Origin: Planctomycetota bacterium
GTDB taxonomy: Bacteria > Planctomycetota > UBA1135 > UBA2386
DNA: 64,000 nt
Assembly: GCA_965228735.1 (NCBI GenBank)
Contig: OZ245838.1
Location: 1,856,001-1,920,000 of the forward strand
Direction: 5' to 3'
Shown: positions 1-9,973 of the stretch, one piece after another
Layout of the letters: each line of letters starts with the position of its first letter
How positions within the stretch are numbered: position 1 is the first letter of the stretch
Made by a program: the position numbers and the translations under genes
Notes under the pieces: generated by a model
Told to the model about the DNA's origin: nothing
What the model saw: the letters and a program-made list of their open reading frames with translations, nothing else
Database searches by the model: none

Positions 1-85
1 CGCTCAAGAGCGCCATCGAACGGTGACGAAACAAGTGCGTGACCCGTTCGCAGCGTGAGCGCCGGCCCCGCCGGCGAGAGCTCCA

Positions 86-1471
86 ATGAGCCTCTATGGC
101 TCGGGTCGCCGCGAAGGCGTCCTCGCCGTCGTCGTGATGGCGTTCCTCGTCCTCGCCGTGCACGCGCTCGGTGAGGCGCGACGCGACGGGCTGTGGCCGT
201 TCGACTGGCAGGAGCCGCTGCCCCACGCCGTGATCGCGAGCGTCGCGGGCACGACGTTCTACCGCTTCCTGCGCGGCCTCGGCCGCAGTCGCTACGTGTC
301 GTTCCTCGCGGGCACGGCCTACGCGCTCGCCCCGTGGTTCCACGCGATGACCGTGCTGCCGCGCGAGCAGGCCGCGGCCGCGCTCGCGCCGCTCGCCCTC
401 GAGGCGTGCAACCGCGCGGGCCGACCGGACCAGTCGCGCCGTTGGCTGCCATGGACCGGCCTGCTCATCGGGGCGCCGTTCCTCGCGGGCCTGACGACGA
501 TTGCCTGCCTGGCCGCACTGCTCGCGGTCGTGCAGCTCGGGCGCGCGATCGTCGAGGTCGAGTCCGAGGACCGCCCGCAGCGCATCGTCGGCGTCGCCGG
601 CGCGGTGATCTTCGGCGCCGGCACGGCGTTCGCGCTGATCTGGCTCGACCTCGCGATGCCGTGGTTCGGCCTGTCGTTCGCCCCCACCACGGTCGAGGTG
701 CTCGCCGCGCACCGCTCACCGGCCGGCGGCCTCGACGTCGCCGCGTTCGTGCGGCTGCCCGGGCCGATCCTGTTGCTCTTCGCGCTGCTCGGCATCATGC
801 GTTGGCAGCGTCACGCGAGCAACACTGGCTGGCTCATGATCGCGCTCGTCGGCGCGATCCCGATGCTGCTGCTCACGTTCTGGCCGACGTTCGGCGAGCT
901 GCGCAGCACCTGGCCGGTGCTCGGGCAGATCGCCGTCGCGAGTTGGTGGACGACCCTGCTCGCGATCACGGTGCTCGGCGCCGCGGGCCTCGACGACTTC
1001 CTCGAGATGCCGGTGCGCCGGCCGATCGTGCTGCGCCTGCTGCTGATGATCGCCGTCGTCGCGACGCCGGTATTGCTGTTCTACTCGGCGGCCCCGGCGA
1101 GCGAGTGGCCGATCGCGCTCGGCCTCCTGGCCGTCACCGCGCTGATGCTCACGTGGCGCCGGCTCGGGATCCTGCACTTCAAGAACGTGCTCGCGCTGTT
1201 TGCCGTGGTCGCGTTCGCCGCGCCCGCGCTGCAGGTCATCGCGGTGACCGAGCACACGACGATCCTGCACCTGCCGTCGCTGCCGATGACCGAGGTCGAC
1301 CCGCTCGCGCGCTTCGAACGCGAAGGCTGGCTCTACCTCGCCTCGCGGCCGTGGCAGTACTACTCGGGCCTCGTCGTCGCCGTCGTCTGGGGCGGAATCG
1401 CGATGTTCGCGCTGCGGCGCAGGAGCAGGGCGAGAACGGCGCCCGCGAACGCCAGGCAACCCATCGCGTAG
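86..1471 (+). CDS. Host polytopic membrane protein (YfhO/GT-C-like, uncertain)
   Basis: 461-aa ORF with >10 hydrophobic helices; 3' end overlaps the convergent MFS gene. Confidence 0.6.
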   Translation: MSLYGSGRREGVLAVVVMAFLVLAVHALGEARRDGLWPFDWQEPLPHAVIASVAGTTFYRFLRGLGRSRYVSFLAGTAYALAPWFHAMTVLPREQAAAALAPLALEACNRAGRPDQSRRWLPWTGLLIGAPFLAGLTTIACLAALLAVVQLGRAIVEVESEDRPQRIVGVAGAVIFGAGTAFALIWLDLAMPWFGLSFAPTTVEVLAAHRSPAGGLDVAAFVRLPGPILLLFALLGIMRWQRHASNTGWLMIALVGAIPMLLLTFWPTFGELRSTWPVLGQIAVASWWTTLLAITVLGAAGLDDFLEMPVRRPIVLRLLLMIAVVATPVLLFYSAAPASEWPIALGLLAVTALMLTWRRLGILHFKNVLALFAVVAFAAPALQVIAVTEHTTILHLPSLPMTEVDPLARFEREGWLYLASRPWQYYSGLVVAVVWGGIAMFALRRRSRARTAPANARQPIA

Positions 1472-2577
1472 AACGCGACGGCCGGCGATCGTTCGAACAG
1501 GTAGCCGCCGAGCAGCGCCGCGAGCACGATGCCGCCGCCCATCGAGGCCGCGCCGTGCAGCCCCTGGGCCGTCGCGCGCTGGCGCCTCGGCACGCGCCGC
1601 TCGATCGCGCCCAGCGTGCCGAGGAACGTGCAGCCGAACGAGAACGCGTGCAGCCAGTTGCTGCAGAGCAGCAGCGACAGCTCGACCGTGGAGCCGAGGA
1701 GCCCCCAGCGCACCGCGGCGAGCACGCCGCCCGTCACGAGCAGCGTCGTCGGTCGCAGCCGTTCGACCCCGCCGCGCAGCCAGACGAACAGCACGACCTC
1801 GGCGAGCACGCCCTCGGCCCACAGCACTCCTGTCGCGCTCTCCGCGATGCCGTGGTCCTGCCAGTGGATCGCGGAGAAGTTGTAGTAGACCGCGTGGCTG
1901 CCCTGGATCAGCCCGGCGCTCACGAGCAACAGCACGAACGGGCGGTTGCTGAGCAACTGCAGCACGGGCGAGCGCCCGGCGGCGGCCGCCGCGGGTTCGT
2001 CCGGATCGGGCGGCTCCGGGAACGCGTCGTCGGACGGCAGCCCGGCACAGCTCAGCGTCATCACGACGAGCGCGCCGGCGAGCAGCCAGTAGATCGTCGC
2101 GTCCGATGCGACGTCGAGCCAGAGGCCGGCGAGCAGCACGGCGATCAGGAACGCGAGCGACCCGACGGCCCGCACCCGACTGAACCCGAACCCGGCGAGC
2201 CGGCCCGTGCGCAGCGCCAACGCGTCGTGGATCGAGTGGATCGGCGGGTAGCAGCAGCCGAAGACGAACGCCCAGAGCATCAGCGCAAAGACCGAGTGCG
2301 CGGTCCACATCCCGGCAAACGCGAGGCAGCTGCCGAGACTCAGGATGGTCAGCGTCTGCCTGGTGCGGCCCGTGCGATCGACGCGCTGCGACCACAGCGG
2401 CCCGGCGAACATGCGCGCGACCGTCTGCGCCGACCACACCCACGCGACCTCCTGCTCCGCGACGCCGCGCTCGTTGCGCAGCCACAGCGGGAAGAACGTC
2501 ATGAACACGGCGAGCACCGTGAACGAGGTCGCGTAGAACCCCGCGACACCGAGCCAGGAACGCAACGGACCAGCCAA
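1360..2577 (-). CDS. MFS transporter (HcaT/MFS_1-like)
   Basis: About 12 TM helices; motifs FFPLWL, FSRVRAVGSLAF, SHAVYYNFSAIHW, QRATAQGL. Confidence 0.85.
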   Translation of the reverse strand: MAGPLRSWLGVAGFYATSFTVLAVFMTFFPLWLRNERGVAEQEVAWVWSAQTVARMFAGPLWSQRVDRTGRTRQTLTILSLGSCLAFAGMWTAHSVFALMLWAFVFGCCYPPIHSIHDALALRTGRLAGFGFSRVRAVGSLAFLIAVLLAGLWLDVASDATIYWLLAGALVVMTLSCAGLPSDDAFPEPPDPDEPAAAAAGRSPVLQLLSNRPFVLLLVSAGLIQGSHAVYYNFSAIHWQDHGIAESATGVLWAEGVLAEVVLFVWLRGGVERLRPTTLLVTGGVLAAVRWGLLGSTVELSLLLCSNWLHAFSFGCTFLGTLGAIERRVPRRQRATAQGLHGAASMGGGIVLAALLGGYLFERSPAVAFYAMGCLAFAGAVLALLLRRSANIAIPPQTTATTRPE

Positions 2578-2658
2578 GCGCCGAGTCTACCCAGCCGCCG
2601 CCCCGCACAGAAAGGGGATCACGGCAACGGGATCACGGCAACCGAGCGAGACGCCGGT

Positions 2659-4416
2659 TCAGCGCTGCACGAACACGCCGTCGTTCTCTGCCGCCAGCCG
2701 CTGCAGCAGATCCGCGCCGCCGCCCGTGCCCGTGAACACGCAGTGGATCCGCACCCGCGCGTACTTGTTGGCCTCGCGCACGAGGGCGAGCAGGTCGTCG
2801 GTGTTCTGCACGGCGCCGGTCGTCGGCTGACCGTCGCTGAGAACGAACAGCTCGTCGATCTCGGTCTTGTGCTGTTCGCCGTAGCCGATCTCGTCGAGCT
2901 GCAGCGCCTGCACGAGCCCGTCGAACAGGTTGGTCCCGCCGTTGGCGCGCAGCCGGCTCAGCAGTTCGGTGAGCGAACGAGTCGAGTTGCGCCCGGGCTT
3001 GACGGGCCGCCGCGTCCACGTGCGCGCGTCCGCGGCGAACGTCAGCAGCTGGTAGCGCGACGCCGGATCCATCGCCTGCACCGCGAGCACGATCTGTTCC
3101 TTGGCCGCGTTGAGGCGCGTGTGCGTGCGCCGCCGCGGGCTCGCGGACGTCCCGCCAGCTGCCCCGGTCCCCGCGACCTGTTCGTCCATGCTGCCGCTCG
3201 TGTCGATGAGGAACGCGATGGACGAACCCGTGACCGGCACGCCGAAGAACGTGGCCTGCGTGCCCGCCCCCGTGTCCTTCTTGAGCACGTCGGGCACCTC
3301 GATGCGGTCCTTCTCGCGCGCCCAGAACTCGCGCCACGCGACGTAGTCCTGCTCCGGGATCAGCGCCCCGGTCATCGCGCGCAGCAGCCCACCGGCCTTC
3401 TCGCGGAGCAGCATCGACGCGCGCTGGTTGACGGTCGCGACGAGCTTGTCCGGCTCCTTGGAGGCGCGCTCGAGCGCGTCGATCAGCAGCGGGATCATCG
3501 CCCGCGACGGGTGCCGTTCGACGAGCTCGAGCAGGTCCATGTCGGTGCGCCAACCGGACTTTCCGAACTGGCTCAGCGCGACCTCGACCGCGCGCCGGCG
3601 ATCGAGTTTGGTCGGCAGCTCGCCGGGCAGCTGCGTGAGCTTGCGCAGCAGCCGCACGAGCGCCTGCGACACGACGGGGTGCCGCTCGAGCCGCACCCGC
3701 TCCATCACCTTGGACAGCGACTGCGGCCGCCGCTGGAAGTCGAGCGCCTCCGCGGCCGCGAGCCGAACGCGCGGATCGGGATCCCACAGACACGCCTCGA
3801 TCGTGCTGCGGAAGACCGGTCGGTTCTTCATCCCGAGCAGCCGCAACGCCGCAACGCGCCGCGCCGGCCCGGCGACCACGCCGCCGCTCTCGTCGTCGTT
3901 GGTCGTGACCGCACGCTCGGCCGACAGCACGAGCACCTGCTCACCCGCCGCCGCGCGCAGCAGCATGAACCACACGCCGCGATGATCCATGCGCATCAGC
4001 GACCAGTGCCCCTGCTCGCGCACCTCGAGCGCCGTGCGGTCCAGGAACGCCTCGTCGAACCCGGCCGCCGCCACCGCGAGCGCCGCCTCGCCGAGCTCCG
4101 TCGTCGGGTTGTGCTCCGCGAAGATCAGCATCTTGCCGAGCATGTCGAGATGCGTGATCCGATCGGCATCGCGTTCGTTCACGAGCCCGGCCGCCCGCGC
4201 CGCCCGCATGTAGCGCGGCTGCAGTCCATGCCCGTTGCGCACGAGCGCCCGCGGTCCGAGCCGCCCCGCTTCGAAGTCGGCGACCCACGCCAGCATCGCC
4301 GAAGCCGTGAGTTCCTGGTTCTCGCGAGTCGGCTCGATCTGCGCTGTGAGCGGGGCGAACGGCAGCAGGAGCAGCGCCCACGCGCAGCGCCGCAGCATCG
4401 AGTTGGATTCGGTCAT
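2659..4416 (-). CDS. Exported HEAT-repeat + von Willebrand A domain protein
   Basis: Signal peptide; HEAT repeat DPDPRVRLAAAEAL; MIDAS motif DTSGSM, GGTNL, LSDG. Confidence 0.85.
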   Translation of the reverse strand: MTESNSMLRRCAWALLLLPFAPLTAQIEPTRENQELTASAMLAWVADFEAGRLGPRALVRNGHGLQPRYMRAARAAGLVNERDADRITHLDMLGKMLIFAEHNPTTELGEAALAVAAAGFDEAFLDRTALEVREQGHWSLMRMDHRGVWFMLLRAAAGEQVLVLSAERAVTTNDDESGGVVAGPARRVAALRLLGMKNRPVFRSTIEACLWDPDPRVRLAAAEALDFQRRPQSLSKVMERVRLERHPVVSQALVRLLRKLTQLPGELPTKLDRRRAVEVALSQFGKSGWRTDMDLLELVERHPSRAMIPLLIDALERASKEPDKLVATVNQRASMLLREKAGGLLRAMTGALIPEQDYVAWREFWAREKDRIEVPDVLKKDTGAGTQATFFGVPVTGSSIAFLIDTSGSMDEQVAGTGAAGGTSASPRRRTHTRLNAAKEQIVLAVQAMDPASRYQLLTFAADARTWTRRPVKPGRNSTRSLTELLSRLRANGGTNLFDGLVQALQLDEIGYGEQHKTEIDELFVLSDGQPTTGAVQNTDDLLALVREANKYARVRIHCVFTGTGGGADLLQRLAAENDGVFVQR

Positions 4417-4561
4417 GGGCAGGGGCCGGACTCCGGAAGCCCGGCGGATGGGCAGGGCCGGGACCGGCCAACGCCCGAGGGGTCAGGGCTGGTTATACGC
4501 GCCCGGCGGGGATTTGGAGACCCCCGCGGCGCCGCCCGTAAGGCCGGAGGTGGGCAAACGT

Positions 4562-5323
4562 TCAATCCCACCAGACGAACCACGTCCCGGCGCCGAGCAA
4601 CGAAGCGGCCAGCGCGTTGAGCGTTTCCGTGCCCTGGTAGACGAGGTCGCCACCCGAATACACGAACTGCTCCCGCGCCAGCTGCAACGCCGCGTCACGC
4701 TCGAGCGGCGGCTCCGCGACGCGAAACTCGATCGTGTCGCCGCTCACGCAGACGACCTCGGCGCCGAATCGCCGGTGCCAATCGCGCTGCATCGCCACGT
4801 GCACCTCGGCGTCGGGGCACTCGTTCCAGCCGCCGAACCGCAGGTGCGCCAGCGCCTCCCACGGCGAAGTCGTCGGCACGAGCGCGATCCAGACTCCGGC
4901 GGCCGGCCGACCGCGGTTGTCGACCGGCACCGTGAACGCGGACTGCGGCTCGACGCCGTGCCAGTCCTCCTCCGTCCCCGACTCGACGTCGCCGTACAAC
5001 TCGGGGTCGTCCGCCTCACGTTCTGCAAGCCAGGGGGCGGGCTCGATCCCCTGCGCCGCGCGCAAGATTTCACCGACCCCGCCCTCCTCCATCTCGGGCA
5101 GCTCGGCCAAAGTGCCGTGCTCATCGCGGCACACGAGCGGATAGTGGCCGAGCTGCGGCACCAGCGGCCGAATCGCCTCCCACGTCGACAGTGCGGCCCC
5201 CCGTGGAACATCGAACCGCAGAACGTCGCCGCCGGGATCCGCGATCTGCACCCCGATCTCGCCGACCTCGATGCCGGCGTCCAGCAGCACGCGCCGGACC
5301 GTTCTTGGATCGCTCTCCGCCAT
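4562..5323 (-). CDS. DUF4253-like protein
   Basis: Motifs FGGWNECP, WHRRFGAE and C-terminal WFVWWD. Confidence 0.8.
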   Translation of the reverse strand: MAESDPRTVRRVLLDAGIEVGEIGVQIADPGGDVLRFDVPRGAALSTWEAIRPLVPQLGHYPLVCRDEHGTLAELPEMEEGGVGEILRAAQGIEPAPWLAEREADDPELYGDVESGTEEDWHGVEPQSAFTVPVDNRGRPAAGVWIALVPTTSPWEALAHLRFGGWNECPDAEVHVAMQRDWHRRFGAEVVCVSGDTIEFRVAEPPLERDAALQLAREQFVYSGGDLVYQGTETLNALAASLLGAGTWFVWWD

Positions 5324-5403
5324 CGTGAACCACCCTAGCGCAACCGCGCCCGCCCGTCCTCTTGTGTCGACCCCGCGGATGGTCGATACTACTCGCCGAC
5401 CAC

Positions 5404-5755
5404 GGGGGCGATCGGCTTCGACCGGATGTCGACTCGTTCAGGGTGGCGCGCCGAGGTCCGGTGCACCTCGTTAATCCCGCCGGAAAACCTTAACTGCCAA
5501 CACGCAGTACTCCCTCGCTGCCTAAACAACGGTAACGAGCGTCGAGGCTCCTTCGCCTGCGGGGGGCCGAGACGACACACAGCAGGCTGGTCGTCGGTGG
5601 CTGCTCGGCCCATCGACGGCGAGACACAGTCGAGCTGGCTCTTGCCGCCCCTGTTCGTCGGGACGGTCGGAGTGAGAACCAACGGCGAACTACGCGCGTA
5701 GAGGCTCTGTTCGAAGCATCCTGGGACGCGGGTTCGATTCCCGCCGCCTCCACCA
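5404..5755 (+). ncRNA. ssrA: tmRNA; tag ANTQYSLAA* at 5496-5525
   Basis: 5' GGGGGCG...TTCGAC, tag ORF ending LAA-stop, 3' T-arm GGTTCGATTCCC and CACCA end. Confidence 0.97.
5728..5755 (+). repeat. att core, left copy (28 bp, ssrA 3' end)
   Basis: GCGGGTTCGATTCCCGCCGCCTCCACCA, identical to 49896-49923. Confidence 0.95.
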
Positions 5756-5760
5756 CTTCC

Positions 5761-5798
5761 CGTTCGCGTGCGCTGGCGTTCGCCAGCGTGCGCGGGCG
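5761..5798 (+). terminator. Terminator-like hairpin after ssrA, supplied by the prophage
   Basis: About 18-bp stem with four G-U pairs that form only on the + strand RNA; weak U tract. Confidence 0.55.
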
Positions 5799-5816
5799 TG
5801 CTAATTGTTGCGTGGG

Positions 5817-6272
5817 TCATAATTTCGGATCCGTTCTAGGGGGTTCGGTTACGTCGGTAGTTGTTCCAGGGTGTTCGGCGTTGTTCGCCGCTGTAGCACC
5901 CGGCTCAGCACCCGGCGGGGGTGATTCCTGACAGTCGGGGGTGTTCAAGCTCCCGGAGGGTTTCCACACCACGTCGTCCAGCACGGCGTTGCGCAGCGCA
6001 TCCGGGGCGGTGTCGATGAAGTGGCCCGGAGCGACCTCGACCACCGTGTCGGGCGCGGGCTTCCAGTTCACCGGCGGCAGCGGCGTGCGACCTCCGACGA
6101 CCGTGACCATTCCGATGATGTCGTGCTCAGGCACGCCGCTGCGTCGCACGAGATCCCGCACACCGGCCTCGTCGTGCTCCGTCGGCGGCAGGCCCGCAAA
6201 CGTCTCCCCGAACTTGTAGCGTTTGAGCACGCCATCCCGGACGTAGTGGAACTCGTACCGAGCGTCAGACAT
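5817..6272 (-). CDS. Hypothetical phage protein
   Basis: GGAGG before ATG; overlaps upstream gene end. Confidence 0.6.
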   Translation of the reverse strand: MSDARYEFHYVRDGVLKRYKFGETFAGLPPTEHDEAGVRDLVRRSGVPEHDIIGMVTVVGGRTPLPPVNWKPAPDTVVEVAPGHFIDTAPDALRNAVLDDVVWKPSGSLNTPDCQESPPPGAEPGATAANNAEHPGTTTDVTEPPRTDPKL

Positions 6273-6981
6273 CGCCTCCCTCCTCCGGAGTCGCCTCGGC
6301 CGCGGCGTTCCACAGCTCAGCCATTCGCTCGGCCTCTGCCTCGGTCAGGCCGTCGCCTCGGATCTTGTGTCCGACGGTTGCGACCCAGCCGTCGAGTTCC
6401 GACCAGAACTGCACCTCATCGTCGATCGTCTCGACGCGCAGCTTGCCGTTGATCGCGATCTCGTCGTGACCTGTTGGGCCCCTCGCCGCGGACGCGGCAC
6501 CGTCGGATTCTGACAATGCCGCAATCTCATCCTCGGTCATCGACTCGCGCAGGCGCTTGACGCCCTCGGCAAACCCGAGCTCCGGCTTCGGGTTCGCAGC
6601 GTCGTGGCGAGCGAGGGCTTCGCGAAGGTCATCCGCCTCAAGCGGCTGATACTCCTCGAATGTCGCCAGCAACGCCCGCGCCGTATCCCGCACGACCCGC
6701 AGCGAGCGCAGTTCGGCCATGAACGGGTCAACCGGTGGCGACATCTCAGTGTCCTGGCACGACCAACCTCGGTTGTCACCATCGAGCGAGATGTGGAACA
6801 GCTGGCAGCAGGAACACCTCGCGGCCTCCACGCGCTCGTAGCGGTAGCGGCCCTTCACGTACGGCTGCTCGCACCACGACTTGGCCTCGGCCTCACTGTC
6901 GAACAGGTGACCGTGGCAACAGCCTCGATCAGGCACCATCGAAACCAGCTTCCAACGGGTCTTGGTTTCCACCGACATCAT
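6265..6981 (-). CDS. Hypothetical phage protein (start revised to 6981)
   Basis: ATG overlaps the integrase stop, with GGAGGAG upstream. Confidence 0.65.
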   Translation of the reverse strand: MMSVETKTRWKLVSMVPDRGCCHGHLFDSEAEAKSWCEQPYVKGRYRYERVEAARCSCCQLFHISLDGDNRGWSCQDTEMSPPVDPFMAELRSLRVVRDTARALLATFEEYQPLEADDLREALARHDAANPKPELGFAEGVKRLRESMTEDEIAALSESDGAASAARGPTGHDEIAINGKLRVETIDDEVQFWSELDGWVATVGHKIRGDGLTEAEAERMAELWNAAAEATPEEGGDV

Positions 6982-8195
6982 GACTGCTGCTCCTCCTCCG
7001 GCTTCCCCCAGAACGACTCCGACAACAACCGCGCCCCATCCCGCAGATCCTCGCGCCCGAGCTTCTCGTAGTGCTTGGCGGTCAGCTTCGGGTCGACGTG
7101 GCGGATCAGCCGCCGGCCGGTCTGCATCGGCACGCCCGCGCGCGCGATCAGCGTCGCGAACGTGCTGCGCAGCGCGTGGAAGTCGAGCGTCCGGCCCTCG
7201 TCGTCCACCACCGGGATACCGGCGTGCTTGGCGTCGGCGCGCACCCGCTCGGCGATGTTGTTCGGCACCTCGAACACCAGCGAACGCGGCGGCACGGCCC
7301 TGCCGGTCCGGCGCGCGGTCTCGGTGCGCTGTTTGCGCAGGCGCTCGGCCAGCACCGGGTCGAGCGGGATCGGGTCCTTGCGCTTGGCCTTGGTGAACTT
7401 CGCGCGCGGCGTCACCCAGGCGTCGACGCCGAGCTCGAGGTCGGCCCAGCGGATGCTGCGACACTCGCTCTTGCGCAGGCCGGTGAGCGCCACGAACAGG
7501 TAGAGCGTGCCGCGGCGCCAGCCGATCCAGCGGAAGCGCTCGAGGGTCACCTCGTGCGCGTCGGGGTTGGCGTCGCGGTAGTTGTCGCGGGACCGGCCCT
7601 CGGCCGCCTCGACGAGCAGCTTGACCTGCTCGGCGGTGAGCGCCAGGCGCTCCTTGCTGGCATCGCTCGGCTTGCCGACGGCGCCGAGCCGCCGGAACGG
7701 GTCCTTCGGCAGCCGGTCGAGATCGGCCAGCCAGGCGCCGAACTGGCCGAGCGCGGTGGCGTAGTGGTCGCGGGTCTTCACCGACAGGCCGGCTTCGTCC
7801 ATCAGGCGGCCGAGGAAGACCTCGGCCTTGGCGACGTCGAGGTCGCTGATCGAGGTCGCCTTCATCTCGCGGAAGGCCTTGAGCAGCCGCGAGCGCATCA
7901 GCTTGCGATGCTTCTCGGTGCGGTTGCGGGAGCTGATGCCGGCGAGGAAGTCCTCGACGTGCTGCGTCAGCGGGCGGGCGCGGTGCTTGCGGTAGGGATC
8001 GCCGAGGCCGACCTCGTCGCGGGCGGCTTCGCGTTGGCGTTGCGCGAGCAGCTGCTCGCTGGCCTTCTTGTCGGTGTACGCGCGCTCTCGTTGCCGCTTG
8101 CCGTTGGCGGTGTACTGGATCGTCCAGACCTTCTCGAGCTTGCCGTCGGCGAGCTTGCGGCGGTACAGCGATCCGTGAGAGCGGCGGCGGGGCAC
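6978..8195 (-). CDS. int: Tyrosine integrase of prophage 1
   Basis: Catalytic motifs TGLRKSE, K, FHALRS, RH, HY; N-terminal arm-binding region. Confidence 0.95.
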   Translation of the reverse strand: MPRRRSHGSLYRRKLADGKLEKVWTIQYTANGKRQRERAYTDKKASEQLLAQRQREAARDEVGLGDPYRKHRARPLTQHVEDFLAGISSRNRTEKHRKLMRSRLLKAFREMKATSISDLDVAKAEVFLGRLMDEAGLSVKTRDHYATALGQFGAWLADLDRLPKDPFRRLGAVGKPSDASKERLALTAEQVKLLVEAAEGRSRDNYRDANPDAHEVTLERFRWIGWRRGTLYLFVALTGLRKSECRSIRWADLELGVDAWVTPRAKFTKAKRKDPIPLDPVLAERLRKQRTETARRTGRAVPPRSLVFEVPNNIAERVRADAKHAGIPVVDDEGRTLDFHALRSTFATLIARAGVPMQTGRRLIRHVDPKLTAKHYEKLGREDLRDGARLLSESFWGKPEEEQQS

Positions 8196-8198
8196 GGG

Positions 8199-8426
8199 TC
8201 AGTCCTTGGCGTTGTCGGGCTTGGCCAGCCAGGCGCGGACCTCGTCGGCGACGAACAGCCGGCGGCCGCCGCGGACGCGGGGCTTCGGGAACGCGCCGGT
8301 GGAGACCATCTTCGCGATCGTGGTGCGGCCGAGGCCGACGACCTGGGCGACCTCGTGGTAGCTCCAGGCGATCTTCTCGTTGAGCGGGATGGGGTGGGTT
8401 TCGGTGTCGGTCATTTCGGTCCTCAA
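8199..8426 (-). CDS. AlpA/excisionase-like HTH protein
   Basis: EVAQVVGLGRTTIAKMVSTGAFPKP...EVRAWL; directly upstream of int. Confidence 0.85.
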   Translation of the reverse strand: MRTEMTDTETHPIPLNEKIAWSYHEVAQVVGLGRTTIAKMVSTGAFPKPRVRGGRRLFVADEVRAWLAKPDNAKD

Positions 8427-8686
8427 TCGTCGTGCGCCGGACTGATATCCTCCACCTCGGCGCTACTCACGCCGTCCACGCAGCTCAGGTAGTGCGCCAC
8501 GTGCCGCCCCCTCGCCACGATCACCATCACAGCCTCTCCCGATTCCAACGCGCGCGACAGAGCGGTGCTCGGATCGCCATGCAGGCCGAGGAACGAGGCC
8601 ATTGATTCCTCGGCCTGGTCCGCGACCATCTTCGCCGCGAGCCGGCGCGCGGCGCGCGCCACGCTGTCGGGGTTCAGGTCAGCCAC
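8423..8686 (-). CDS. Hypothetical phage protein
   Basis: Overlapping start/stop chain in the early operon. Confidence 0.55.
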   Translation of the reverse strand: MADLNPDSVARAARRLAAKMVADQAEESMASFLGLHGDPSTALSRALESGEAVMVIVARGRHVAHYLSCVDGVSSAEVEDISPAHDD

Positions 8687-9092
8687 GGAGCTGATCCTCC
8701 TTGCTTCGGACTCGCAGCTGGTCTACGGAGGAGCGCAGCGCGCGAGCGCAGCGCTCGAGCAGGTTCGCGCAGGCGTCCGGATCGCCGCGGATCACGAGGT
8801 AGCGAGCCTCGAGCGGGCCCCTGGCCTCGCCGATGCTGATGCGGAGACAGTCGGGGTCTTCTGGCAGGCGTCGCATGTGGACGCAGAACTTGTTGAGCTC
8901 GGCCAGCGGTTGCTCGTTGGGGCCGCCGGCGGTGATCACGGACTCGCCGTTCTCGACCATCTGCTTGGCGCGCTGCTCGAGGCGGTCGAACTGCTCTTGA
9001 GCGATCTGCTCACGCCAGGGTGATTGGTCGCCGTACAGCAGGCGACGGAGGTTCTCGGAGATCGGGGAATCGCTGTCGGGGTGGGTTTGCAT
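8679..9092 (-). CDS. Hypothetical phage protein (start about 9092)
   Basis: Protein-like composition from MQTHPDS; GGAG upstream. Confidence 0.55.
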   Translation of the reverse strand: MQTHPDSDSPISENLRRLLYGDQSPWREQIAQEQFDRLEQRAKQMVENGESVITAGGPNEQPLAELNKFCVHMRRLPEDPDCLRISIGEARGPLEARYLVIRGDPDACANLLERCARALRSSVDQLRVRSKEDQLRG

Positions 9093-9247
9093 GATCAGTT
9101 CTCCGCAGTTGGTTCCGACATGTTGTCGAAGATGTCCGCACGGCGGCGGAACCGTGCTTCTTGCAGAGGTCGAACACGCGGAACGCGTACTCGCGACGCG
9201 TATCACGAATGCGGGCCTCGGCGAACCGTGCTTCCTTGTCGTCCGCG

Positions 9248-9850
9248 CTACCCATGCCCGGCCTCCCGCAACTCCCGCTGCACGAGCACCAGTGCAGCCC
9301 CAGCCTGCGCCAGAGATGGCTGCAAGTCGTCGCACTGCAGGCCGAGGGCGAACAGATCGAACGGGCTCGAAAGGCGTGCGACCTTCTCGGGGTGGACCCG
9401 AGCAACCGCGCGAACCCGGTCGACAAGTGACTGCGCGGTGCCGAACAGCGTCCAGCTGGAGCCGAACCCGAGGACGGTGCCGAGCGCTTCGGTGAGGTCG
9501 TCGCGGAGGTCGCGGGCGTAGCGGAACGCGGCCTCCTCGCCCTCGAGCGCGGCGTCGCGCTGCGCCTCGAGGTCGATCTCGTCGGCTGGCTCGGGGCCGC
9601 CGCAGGCCACCGAGGCGCCGTCGCCGTGCTCAGCATCGAACTGGGCGGCAGCGCACCGCGCCGCGTCGTCCATGGCGTGCTCTTGCGCCAGCGCCTCGGC
9701 CTGGCCGGCCTGGCGCAGGATGCGGTCGACCTCCTCGAGGACGCCGCGCCGGATGTTGCCGAGCGAGTCGCCGGTGGTGTCCTTCTGCAGGCGCTCGCGC
9801 CAGCCGACGAGCTCGTCGTGCAGGACCTTGGCGGCCAGGGCGCTAACCAT
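9248..9850 (-). CDS. Hypothetical phage protein
   Basis: GGAGGTG before ATG; helical composition. Confidence 0.6.
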   Translation of the reverse strand: MVSALAAKVLHDELVGWRERLQKDTTGDSLGNIRRGVLEEVDRILRQAGQAEALAQEHAMDDAARCAAAQFDAEHGDGASVACGGPEPADEIDLEAQRDAALEGEEAAFRYARDLRDDLTEALGTVLGFGSSWTLFGTAQSLVDRVRAVARVHPEKVARLSSPFDLFALGLQCDDLQPSLAQAGAALVLVQRELREAGHG

Positions 9851-9973
9851 GGGTCACCTCCCCGCGCGAAGTGCGCCGCGCCGCCAGTCCTCCGCACGCG
9901 ACGGGTGTCTCACGGCCGGTTCGGCCGGCCGCGGGAACACCCCGCGACCGGATCAACCGCGCGGCGCGGCGGG

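Noticed and set aside
1360..1471. 112-bp convergent overlap of two host membrane genes
   Set aside because: Most simply explained by stop-codon drift in GC-rich DNA.
2615..2642. 14-bp tandem duplication GGGATCACGGCAAC x2
   Set aside because: Only two copies in a host intergenic gap; no evidence of function.
193..4620. 1475-aa plus-strand ORF and many similar long Arg/Ala-rich ORFs across the window
   Set aside because: Shadow frames of real genes in high-GC DNA; no recognisable motifs.
5389..5756. Minus-strand ORFs over ssrA
   Set aside because: Antisense to tmRNA; only the part from 5820 through the att core matters, for the attP fusion hypothesis.
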